From positions 900,001-932,000 of the forward strand of contig NC_000964.3 of NCBI RefSeq assembly GCF_000009045.1: a stretch of DNA of 32,000 bases, written 5' to 3'. The position numbers and the translations under genes are program-made. Positions 9,198 through 16,777 of this stretch are shown here, piece by piece (the first letter of the stretch is position 1; every line of letters begins with the position of its first letter). Source of the DNA: Bacillus subtilis subsp. subtilis str. 168. Lineage in GTDB: Bacteria > Bacillota > Bacilli > Bacillales > Bacillaceae. Under the pieces are notes generated by a model that searched no databases, had not been told where the DNA came from, and saw only the letters and a program-made list of their open reading frames with translations.

Positions 9198-9746
9198 TTA
9201 ATCCTTATCTATCATAGCTAAAATTGATTCCAGCCAAGAAACGTAATTTTTCTCCCGCTCCAGCGCTTTCGTTAGCACAAGATAGTGGCCGAAGTCCGGT
9301 GAAGAAAATGACATCGGCTCTGCTGAAGCCATAAGCTTTTCATAGCTTCCCTGTAAGTCAGAAAGCTTGGCCTGGCGTTTTTGCAGCTGGTCTTTGAACA
9401 AATCAGAAGCCTCCTGGCGCGATAGACAAGAAATGAAATAAGCCTTCAGCATAAATTCATCCTTCACCGTCTCGGGTATCGGCTGGTGGCGGATCAGCCA
9501 GTCATGCAGCTCCTGCTTTCCGCTGTCTGTCAGGGTGTACATCTTTTTCTCCAGCTTTGTGCCCTGAATCGTTGTCCGGAACGTGATAAATCCTTCATCC
9601 GTCAGCTTTTTGAGCTCAGGGTAAATCTGGCTGTGCTTGGCGCTCCAAAACTGGCCGAGCTCCTCTTTAAAATAACTCGTAATATCGTATCCACTCAATT
9701 CGCCTTTTCGCAAAAGCCCTAATATGGCGTATTTTAATACTCTCAT
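9198..9746 (-). CDS. padR: PadR-family transcriptional repressor
   Basis: 182 aa. ATG follows GGAGGA. N-terminal winged HTH YAILGLLRKGELSGYDI. Recognised as B. subtilis PadR (YfiO). Confidence 0.93.
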   Translation of the reverse strand: MRVLKYAILGLLRKGELSGYDITSYFKEELGQFWSAKHSQIYPELKKLTDEGFITFRTTIQGTKLEKKMYTLTDSGKQELHDWLIRHQPIPETVKDEFMLKAYFISCLSRQEASDLFKDQLQKRQAKLSDLQGSYEKLMASAEPMSFSSPDFGHYLVLTKALEREKNYVSWLESILAMIDKD

Positions 9747-10018
9747 GCTATCCTCCGTGTCTGGCTGTTTCGCAAAACAGATGAGCCGGTGCTCAACTGT
9801 GATTCTAACTGCCTATTCCCCTTATTATAGAAAAGGGAGGAAGGGAACACAACCGGGCTCTTTGGAAATGAAGATAAAAGGTTTGTCAGAAGGTATCCGA
9901 TTTATCTCCGTCAATATAAAAGAGATTTAAATTTAATTTTCAGAAAAAATAGTAACGATATTGATTTTTTATATATAATAGGAAATTGGTGGTATGAAAA
10001 TTTTTTGGGGGAATAAAC

Positions 10019-10651
10019 GTGAAAAAAGTACTTATGGCATTCATTATTTGTTTATCGCTGATTCTATCTGTTTTAGCCGCTCCGCCGTCTGGCGCAAAAG
10101 CTGAGTCAGTACATAATCCTGTCGTTCTTGTTCATGGAATAAGTGGTGCATCATACAACTTTTTCGCTATTAAAAACTACTTAATTTCTCAAGGCTGGCA
10201 AAGCAACAAACTGTACGCAATTGATTTTTATGATAAAACAGGAAACAACCTAAATAACGGCCCGCAGCTTGCTTCATATGTTGACCGTGTTTTAAAAGAG
10301 ACTGGGGCAAAAAAAGTAGATATTGTGGCTCATAGTATGGGAGGCGCCAATACGCTGTACTATATTAAATATTTAGGCGGGGGCAATAAGATTCAAAATG
10401 TCGTAACGCTTGGAGGGGCTAATGGTTTAGTGTCATCAACCGCGCTGCCGGGCACAGACCCTAATCAAAAGATCCTCTATACATCTATTTACAGTCTCAA
10501 TGATCAAATTGTCATCAATAGCTTGTCTCGGTTACAAGGAGCGCGAAACATCCAGCTTTATGGCATCGGTCATATTGGCTTGCTTTCTAATAGCCAAGTG
10601 AACGGCTATATCAAAGAAGGGCTGAATGGCGGAGGCCTCAATACAAATTAA
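10019..10651 (+). CDS. estB: Secreted lipase/esterase EstB (LipB)
   Basis: 210 aa. GTG follows GGGGGA. Signal peptide ends at AKA-ES. Lipase pentapeptide AHSMG, with catalytic His in GIGHIG. Confidence 0.95.
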   Translation: MKKVLMAFIICLSLILSVLAAPPSGAKAESVHNPVVLVHGISGASYNFFAIKNYLISQGWQSNKLYAIDFYDKTGNNLNNGPQLASYVDRVLKETGAKKVDIVAHSMGGANTLYYIKYLGGGNKIQNVVTLGGANGLVSSTALPGTDPNQKILYTSIYSLNDQIVINSLSRLQGARNIQLYGIGHIGLLSNSQVNGYIKEGLNGGGLNTN

Positions 10652-10666
10652 TATCTTCAAAAAACA

Positions 10667-10696
10667 ACCTGCTGTCTCCGTTACAGTGGGTTTTTT
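10667..10696 (+). terminator. Rho-independent terminator after estB
   Basis: 9-bp stem ACCTGCTGT (10667-10675) / ACAGTGGGT (10683-10691) with two G-U pairs, 7-nt loop, then TTTTT. Confidence 0.7.
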
Positions 10697-10839
10697 CGTC
10701 TGAGAAAGCCATAGGGTCTTATGACCTTAGTCTATCATGCATACGTCAATTTATGACATCAGGCACTTTTTCAAATAGAGCGGACATGTTAAGGTACAAC
10801 CATCGATTTCTATCAATTTGAAATAAAAGGAGCGCTGTT

Positions 10840-11928
10840 ATGCAAATTAAAGAAATTTTTATGATCCGCTGCATTTCGTGCTTAAGTGTCGTCTTGCTCC
10901 ATATCATTTCAATGGTCCTGATGCTTCAGGCAGAAGCTCTTGCAGATATTTCTCACACTGTTGATTCTTTCCGCACACTCCTGATGTTCAGCACGCCCGC
11001 TTTTATTTTCATCTCTGAATTTTTACTGGCCCGTTCTTATCCTGATGGGGTGCCTGACGGTTTTTTAAAGAAGCGGGGAAAAGTGATTTTTGTTCCTTTT
11101 TTATTTATCGCAGCCATCGATGCGCTGCTGATGACCAGTGCGATGGGGGGAGAGGTAACCTTTCTCGCGTTTGTGCAAAAATATCTGGCGAACGTATTCT
11201 TAGGAAACTTTATCGGATACTTCATTCTCGTCATCTTTCAATTTTACATGCTGCATATGATGTTTCATGAGTATTTGAAAAAAGCATCGCCGAAATGGGT
11301 GCTGTCTATCTCATTTGTGGTGACAGCCGCTTATTTAGGCTATTTCTCCGCAGCCAGCCCGGCTCCTGCTTCTGAAGAGGGAGGGGCATTTCCGTTCTTC
11401 TGGGTTCCGTTCGCAGGCTGGCTTTTCTACTTTTGTCTAGCCTACTATTGCGGAAAAGAATACAAGCGTTTTTTAGCGCTGCTGAACCAATACCGCTGGG
11501 TGGTGTACGGCGCCGCAATTGCTTCTGGGGCGCTGGTTGTCACTGTTTCTTATGTCGGTGAAATCGGCATGATCAGCTCGAAGCGGCCTGATATCATGCT
11601 GTATTCAACAAGCATGATTTTCCTGTGTTTTCATTTGTTTTCCAAAATGAAGCATGTGCCGAAAATCATGATGTTTATCAGCAACTATTCCTTTTCGATT
11701 TATCTGCTTCATGCCTATTTTATGATTATAGGCTACGTGTTGCTTTTGAATATGCCCGAAATTCCTGCCGTACCGGCTGTTCTCCTGTTGTTTGCCGTGT
11801 GCACAGCCGGCCCGATTATGACCTCATGGGCGCTGAATAAGTTCAAATACGGGTATTTATTTGTGGGGAAAATTTATCAGCCAAAACAGAAGAAGGTAAC
11901 AGTCGAAGTGCGTGATCACGCAGGGTGA
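10840..11928 (+). CDS. yfiQ: Integral-membrane acyltransferase (acyltransferase_3 family)
   Basis: 362 aa. ATG follows AAAGGAG. About 10 predicted TM helices. Family assignment from recollection of YfiQ. Confidence 0.9.
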   Translation: MQIKEIFMIRCISCLSVVLLHIISMVLMLQAEALADISHTVDSFRTLLMFSTPAFIFISEFLLARSYPDGVPDGFLKKRGKVIFVPFLFIAAIDALLMTSAMGGEVTFLAFVQKYLANVFLGNFIGYFILVIFQFYMLHMMFHEYLKKASPKWVLSISFVVTAAYLGYFSAASPAPASEEGGAFPFFWVPFAGWLFYFCLAYYCGKEYKRFLALLNQYRWVVYGAAIASGALVVTVSYVGEIGMISSKRPDIMLYSTSMIFLCFHLFSKMKHVPKIMMFISNYSFSIYLLHAYFMIIGYVLLLNMPEIPAVPAVLLLFAVCTAGPIMTSWALNKFKYGYLFVGKIYQPKQKKVTVEVRDHAG

Positions 11929-11935
11929 AAAACAA

Positions 11936-11957
11936 GCGGCAGGAGGGCTCCTGCCGC
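11936..11957. terminator. Bidirectional terminator between yfiQ and yfiR
   Basis: GC-rich stem GCGGCAGG (11936-11943) / CCTGCCGC (11950-11957), flanked by AAAAACAA upstream and GTTTCTTT downstream. Confidence 0.85.
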
Positions 11958-11963
11958 GTTTCT

Positions 11964-12581
11964 TTACTTCTCATCCGCTTGCAGAACTGTTTTTAAATAT
12001 AGTTTTGCAGACTCAGCAAGTCCAGATACATCAGCCTTTTCTTCATCGAAATACAGGGCGTTTTGAATGATGCCGTCATTCATATTGAGGAAAAACTTGG
12101 CGATAGTCGCAAGAGGCTGAACCGGCTGAAACTCTCCCTGATCGATCCCTTTTTGCAATAGCCTTGAAAACCTTTCCACAAAAAGATCATACCTTTTCTC
12201 CAAATACTGCCGCCGTTCTTCATTGCGCCAAGCTGTCACTAAATATTCAAATTGCACCGGCGCCAGCGTATCTGCTACATCTCGCAGGCCCTCAGTCAGT
12301 TCATCCAAATAGCTGGAAATGGAGGCCCAAACACTTTGGTGTTCAGCTGATTTATCAAGCTTTCGGAGTCCTTCATCCAGCCCTGTTTCAATAATGCGGC
12401 GAAACATCTCCTCAGTGCTTGAAAAATAAAGATAGACACCGCCCCGGCTGAAACCTGACTCTTCTACAACATCCTTCATCGTCGTTAATTCGAATCCTTT
12501 TCGTTTAAAAACCGTTTTGGCAGCCTCTAAAATCTCTGCCTGCCGTTTATCCTTGTGCTCCTTTGTTACTTTTGGTGACAA
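11964..12581 (-). CDS. yfiR: TetR/AcrR-family transcriptional regulator
   Basis: N-terminal HTH TTMKDVVEESGFSRGGVYLYF. I prefer TTG 12581 (205 aa) because AAAGCAGG lies 7 nt upstream. The track start TTG 12602 (212 aa) has a poorer SD. Either start overlaps the 3' end of yfiS. Confidence 0.88.
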   Translation of the reverse strand: MSPKVTKEHKDKRQAEILEAAKTVFKRKGFELTTMKDVVEESGFSRGGVYLYFSSTEEMFRRIIETGLDEGLRKLDKSAEHQSVWASISSYLDELTEGLRDVADTLAPVQFEYLVTAWRNEERRQYLEKRYDLFVERFSRLLQKGIDQGEFQPVQPLATIAKFFLNMNDGIIQNALYFDEEKADVSGLAESAKLYLKTVLQADEK

Positions 12582-13800
12582 GATATCGCCTGCTTTCTGC
12601 AATTTTCTTACCTATAAGTGTAATCAACCCAATCATGATCAGCAAGCAGCCACAGACAAGAAAAGCAAGTGATACACCGATCCATTCCGCCAGCACGCCC
12701 CCGCCCGCCATGCCGAGGATAGAGGCGAGGGTTGTCGCACTCTGAATAGCGCCGAACACCCTACCGCTGTAATCGACAGGCACTGTTGTTTGCACGAGAA
12801 TCTGAAATGGAATATGGACGAGGCCGAAAGCCGCCCCCATGATGAAAAAAGCAAATATAAAGAGAGTGATGCCGGCAATTCCCATACCGCTTAGGAATGG
12901 CGCACCTCCAGTTGCTAGTCCAAGAAGAAGGGTTCCAGCTGAGAAATAAAGCAAATAAGAAGTGATTCGCCGTCTGCCGGTAATGGCCGCTGTAAGGAGC
13001 ATCCCGGCTCCGCTTACGGCCATGCACCAGCCTGCCAGCTCGGGCGGAGCTCCTGAAAAGGAGCGGATAAGAATAATCGCTTGGGAATCACCAATCTGCA
13101 AAACAAAGAGAACGACACAAGCTGTTAGTAAGCCTGTTAATAGAAGCGGCATCCGTTTCAAAAACTGAAGGCCTTCCTTGATAGAAGTAAGTGCTGCTGT
13201 TTTTTCTTGAGGTGTATTGGCTTTTTGTAAAAAAGCATCTCTGGGAAGGAAAAACAAAATGACAGCGGAAAGAAAGAAGGCGCCGGCGTTTATATAAAAA
13301 ACAGAGTGTATCGAGAAAGCAGCGATCAGCGTGCCGCCAAGGGCAGGGCCGAAGATTTTTGAGCTGTTATCAATGATGCTGCTGACGGAAACGGCCTGCT
13401 GAATGTGTGCTTCCGGAGCCAATTCCTTAAGCTTTCCGTTTTTAGCAGGTAAAAAAAGTGAAGAAAAACAGCTCTGAACGGATAGCAATACGTAAAGCTG
13501 CCAAAGCTCACTGACATAAACGCAGCTGATAACAGTGAGGGCACGGCCGATTTCAGATAGAAACATGATCGTTTTTCTGTCAAAACGGTCGGCAAGCAGA
13601 CCCGATACAGGTCCGAGTACAATGACAGGCAAAGCAAACGACATCATTAAAAGCGACATATCTAATGGAGAAGCATGAAGCTGAAAAGCGGCTAATGTTA
13701 GCACGGCCAAAATGTGAAGCCAGTCTCCAAGTGAAGAAATGGTTTGCGAGGCTAACAGTGTCATCAGTCCTTTTTGATTGCGAAACAACGGTTTTTCCAT
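12547..13800 (-). CDS. yfiS: MFS efflux-type transporter (12 TM)
   Basis: 417 aa. ATG follows AGGAGGA. Motif GLLADRFDRK after TM2. Confidence 0.92.
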   Translation of the reverse strand: MEKPLFRNQKGLMTLLASQTISSLGDWLHILAVLTLAAFQLHASPLDMSLLMMSFALPVIVLGPVSGLLADRFDRKTIMFLSEIGRALTVISCVYVSELWQLYVLLSVQSCFSSLFLPAKNGKLKELAPEAHIQQAVSVSSIIDNSSKIFGPALGGTLIAAFSIHSVFYINAGAFFLSAVILFFLPRDAFLQKANTPQEKTAALTSIKEGLQFLKRMPLLLTGLLTACVVLFVLQIGDSQAIILIRSFSGAPPELAGWCMAVSGAGMLLTAAITGRRRITSYLLYFSAGTLLLGLATGGAPFLSGMGIAGITLFIFAFFIMGAAFGLVHIPFQILVQTTVPVDYSGRVFGAIQSATTLASILGMAGGGVLAEWIGVSLAFLVCGCLLIMIGLITLIGKKIAESRRYLVTKSNKGAQG

Positions 13801-13820
13801 GATTCATCCTCCTGATTATT

Positions 13821-13842
13821 AAAATGACACTAGTGTCGTTTT
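13821..13842. promoter_or_regulatory. 22-bp near-perfect palindrome, candidate TetR (YfiR) operator
   Basis: AAAATGACACTAGTGTCGTTTT. The core GACACTAGTGTC (13826-13837) is a perfect palindrome. It lies just downstream of the predicted yfiS -10. Confidence 0.5.
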
Positions 13843-13844
13843 TA

Positions 13845-13874
13845 ATTGTATGGGAAAAAGACACAATATACAAT
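13845..13874. promoter_or_regulatory. Superimposed divergent sigma-A promoters for yfiT (+) and yfiS-yfiR (-)
   Basis: Plus strand: TTGTAT (13846-13851), 17 nt, TACAAT (13869-13874). Minus strand: TTGTAT (13873-13868), 17 nt, TACAAT (13850-13845). The two share the same 30 bp. Confidence 0.5.
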
Positions 13875-13923
13875 CTTTTTCTTGTAAAATAAAGGAGAAG
13901 ATTGAATAGAAGGGAGAACATTC

Positions 13924-14460
13924 ATGACATCAGTCAATCTAAGCTACCCAATAGGAGAATACAAGCCGAGGGAATCCATATCGAAGGAGCAAAAAGATAA
14001 ATGGATTCAAGTACTTGAAGAAGTGCCGGCAAAATTGAAGCAAGCTGTAGAGGTCATGACGGACAGCCAGCTTGACACACCGTACCGGGACGGTGGATGG
14101 ACCGTTCGGCAAGTTGTTCATCATCTGGCTGACAGTCATATGAACAGCTATATTCGTTTTAAATTGAGCTTGACGGAAGAGACACCGGCTATCCGTCCGT
14201 ATGATGAAAAAGCATGGTCGGAGCTAAAAGACTCGAAAACGGCAGATCCGAGCGGCTCACTCGCGCTTTTGCAGGAGCTTCACGGAAGATGGACGGCTCT
14301 GCTCCGCACCCTGACGGATCAGCAATTTAAGCGCGGATTTTATCACCCTGATACAAAGGAGATCATTACCCTGGAGAACGCGCTCGGCCTGTATGTCTGG
14401 CACTCACATCACCATATCGCTCATATTACGGAGCTTTCCAGACGGATGGGGTGGTCTTAA
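13924..14460 (+). CDS. yfiT: DinB-family metal-dependent enzyme (bacillithiol S-transferase-type)
   Basis: 178 aa. ATG follows AAGGGAGAA. His-rich metal ligands HHLADSH and HSHHHIAH. Recognised as YfiT (BstA). Confidence 0.92.
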   Translation: MTSVNLSYPIGEYKPRESISKEQKDKWIQVLEEVPAKLKQAVEVMTDSQLDTPYRDGGWTVRQVVHHLADSHMNSYIRFKLSLTEETPAIRPYDEKAWSELKDSKTADPSGSLALLQELHGRWTALLRTLTDQQFKRGFYHPDTKEIITLENALGLYVWHSHHHIAHITELSRRMGWS

Positions 14461-16013
14461 CGCTTTTGCCGGCGGAAAGCCGGAATACTGATAGCAGCAA
14501 TCACCAGAAGTGAGACCACAGCAGCCGCTGCATATAAATGATCATAGCCGCTGGCGACACTCGCATGAATGGCGTCGCTTATCGCGGTTTTGACTTCAGG
14601 AACGGGAATGCGTTCGATTTGTTCTTGTAAAGAAGAAACTTCAGAACTGTCGATCTCCGGAATCATCTGCATCGCCTTTTCTGAATATCCGCTGTCCGAT
14701 AAGCGGCTGTTGATCTCATCACCTATTTGGTCAAACCCGGCTGTGATAAAACCTGCATAAAGAGTAGGCGCCAAGGTCAGTCCAATTTGCCTTACTAATG
14801 AAAGCGTGCCAAGAGCTGTACCCTTATTTGTTTTTGCCGCTTCTGATACAAGGACGTTCAGCGGAGCGCCTAACAGAAAGCCAAAACCGATCCCAGCTGC
14901 CACACTTGCGATCACAAACTCCCATTTTTCCGTGACCCAGAGCGGAAATAAAGCAAACCCCGCACATGAGATGATTCCCGAAAGAATAACGGTTTTTACA
15001 GGACCTTTTTTGTCGGTAAGTGCTCCGCCAAGCCAAGCGCCGATTCCGGAAGCCAACGCAAGCGGTGTCATCCAATAGCCTGCTTTTGCGGCAGGGACAC
15101 CCAAATACTGTTCGACATATGACGGGATAAAAATGACTGCCGCCAAGAGCCCCCCGGATAACAAACCGATGATAAGCGTGCGCTGAAACATATGGTTTCG
15201 CAGCAGAGAATACGCCAAAATGGGATCGCCTCCTCGCATTTCAACTCTCTTTTCATACGAGATAAGCGCTGCAAAACAGAGTATGCCAAAAATAATACAT
15301 CCATAAACCTCCGGATTCCCCAAGCTGTGTAAGAGATTTGCCCCGTCAAGATTGGTCATGCCGTACATCACAGCTAAAATCGACAGGGACAAAAGGAAGA
15401 TTCCGGCCGCATCGAGGCGCTTAGCCTCAGGTGCTTTTGTTTCCGCGATAAAACATGCGCCGAAAACAACCAATAGCACGGCAATCGGCAAATTAATCAA
15501 AAATAGCCAATGCCAAGACCCGGTCCAATCAAGCAGAAAGCTTCCGATATTTGGCCCGAGCACAGCGGCCATCCCGTTCATTGCGCCAAGCAGCCCAAGC
15601 GCCTTCCCCTGTTTTTCCTTTGGAAGGGTCGCGAGAATGTGAGAGCTGCCGATGATGAAAATCCCGCCGCCTCCAAGCGCCTGAATCAGCCGCGATATCA
15701 GAAAGAGCGGGAAGCTTTGGCTCAAAGCAACAAGCAAAGAACCAAGTCCGAACAGGCAAACCTCAATGAGAAAGAGTTTTTTTCTGCCGTAGCGGTCGGA
15801 AAGTTTTCCGACGATTGGCACACTGACGCTAAGACCGAGCGTATAAAGGGTAATGCCCCATGATCCCCAGGAAGGGGAAACGGAAAACGACTCGTTTATC
15901 GTTGTTAAAGCAGCCGAAATAATTCCGTTATCTAAAGCAGCCATAAACACGCCAATCGTAAACAGGCTGATTGCCCACTTTTGGCTTTTCTGCTCTGTTA
16001 ATGCTTCAGACAT
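14457..16013 (-). CDS. yfiU: 14-TM MFS drug:H+ antiporter (EmrB/QacA, DHA2-type)
   Basis: 518 aa from ATG 16013, 9 nt after AAAGGAG. The track TTG at 16022 abuts that SD. Motif GKLSDRYGRKK. Confidence 0.92.
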   Translation of the reverse strand: MSEALTEQKSQKWAISLFTIGVFMAALDNGIISAALTTINESFSVSPSWGSWGITLYTLGLSVSVPIVGKLSDRYGRKKLFLIEVCLFGLGSLLVALSQSFPLFLISRLIQALGGGGIFIIGSSHILATLPKEKQGKALGLLGAMNGMAAVLGPNIGSFLLDWTGSWHWLFLINLPIAVLLVVFGACFIAETKAPEAKRLDAAGIFLLSLSILAVMYGMTNLDGANLLHSLGNPEVYGCIIFGILCFAALISYEKRVEMRGGDPILAYSLLRNHMFQRTLIIGLLSGGLLAAVIFIPSYVEQYLGVPAAKAGYWMTPLALASGIGAWLGGALTDKKGPVKTVILSGIISCAGFALFPLWVTEKWEFVIASVAAGIGFGFLLGAPLNVLVSEAAKTNKGTALGTLSLVRQIGLTLAPTLYAGFITAGFDQIGDEINSRLSDSGYSEKAMQMIPEIDSSEVSSLQEQIERIPVPEVKTAISDAIHASVASGYDHLYAAAAVVSLLVIAAISIPAFRRQKR

Positions 16014-16028
16014 TTTCGTCAACTCCTT

Positions 16029-16076
16029 TTAGTTCACTTGAAATATATTATTCATTTTAAATGAACTAAATGTCAA
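16029..16076 (-). promoter_or_regulatory. Internal promoter for yfiU with embedded palindrome (candidate MarR operator)
   Basis: Minus strand: consensus -35 TTGACA (16076-16071), 18-nt spacer, AATAAT. A perfect 7-1-7 palindrome TTCATTTTAAATGAA (16051-16065) sits in the spacer. Outer arms are TTAGTTCA (16029-16036) and TGAACTAA (16062-16069). Confidence 0.45.
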
Positions 16077-16085
16077 ATAAAAAAA

Positions 16086-16106
16086 GCCTGCTCCCGCAGT
16101 TTGCGG
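16086..16106 (-). terminator. Weak hairpin with T-run after yfiV (possible partial terminator)
   Basis: Minus strand: CCGCA-AAC-TGCGG, or alternatively CTGC-GGGA-GCAG, followed by GC and T7. The stems are only 4-5 bp. Confidence 0.3.
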
Positions 16107-16123
16107 ATGACAGACTTACTGAT

Positions 16124-16606
16124 TTATTCTTTTTTCGCATTCTCTAATGCTCTTGAAAGGATAGACAGCCCTTCGTAAACAGCCTGCTTTTCTTCAGGGG
16201 ACAGCAGCTCTAATGAACGCTTCAATTTCAGGTGGCCCTTTTCATACAAACCCCGGAAAATCTTTTTCGCATTCTCTGTCAACTGAACAACTACAGAGCG
16301 GCGGTCCTCTTCAGAATGTGAGCGTTTGACAAATCCTGATTTTTCAAGCCGGTCAAGCAGCCCAGTTGTATTGGACAGGGAAGCCCCCATTTTTTCAGCA
16401 ATGTCGCTCACTTTCAATGTTCCATGGTTGTTTAATAGCATCAGCACCTTCATTTGCGGCATGCTCATATCCAGTTTCATCCACTCGGACACATCACCGA
16501 GCCCGGCGGACGTTAAGACTTTCATATAGAGCACCCATATTTCCCGTTCCTCCGATGAAAGAATGTTTTCGTTTAAGACTGTTGTATCGTGTAAATTATA
16601 TTCCAT
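16124..16606 (-). CDS. yfiV: MarR-family transcriptional regulator
   Basis: 160 aa. ATG follows GAGGAAGTG. Winged-HTH region LKVSDIAEKMGASLSNTTGLLDRLEKSGFVKR. Confidence 0.92.
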   Translation of the reverse strand: MEYNLHDTTVLNENILSSEEREIWVLYMKVLTSAGLGDVSEWMKLDMSMPQMKVLMLLNNHGTLKVSDIAEKMGASLSNTTGLLDRLEKSGFVKRSHSEEDRRSVVVQLTENAKKIFRGLYEKGHLKLKRSLELLSPEEKQAVYEGLSILSRALENAKKE

Positions 16607-16694
16607 TTCATCACTTCCTCATCATTCACTCCTCTTACCATATTACTCGATTTTCACTCCTGAAAGAAAGTGAGCAGAAACCGCATGCGGGACT

Positions 16695-16723
16695 TTGTCC
16701 GAAAAATAACGGTAGTGTATAAT
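16695..16723 (+). promoter_or_regulatory. Candidate sigma-A promoter for mprF with extended -10
   Basis: TTGTCC (16695-16700), 17-nt spacer ending in TG, TATAAT (16718-16723). Confidence 0.55.
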
Positions 16724-16777
16724 GAGTTGGAGATTATTGGGGGAGAGGATCGAACTAGAATATGATTGGAGAGACCA

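Noticed and set aside
9724-9930. 68-aa ORF and a 20-codon ATG ORF in the padR-estB spacer.
   Set aside because: The 68-aa ORF starts inside padR on the opposite strand. Neither has an SD at usable spacing, since the GGGAGGAAGGG stretch is more than 20 nt from the nearest ATG.
9994-10104. 37-codon ATG ORF overlapping the estB start in another frame.
   Set aside because: The estB GTG has the better SD (GGGGGA, 7 nt) and yields a canonical signal peptide and lipase. The alternative gives a Cys/Trp-rich peptide with no support.
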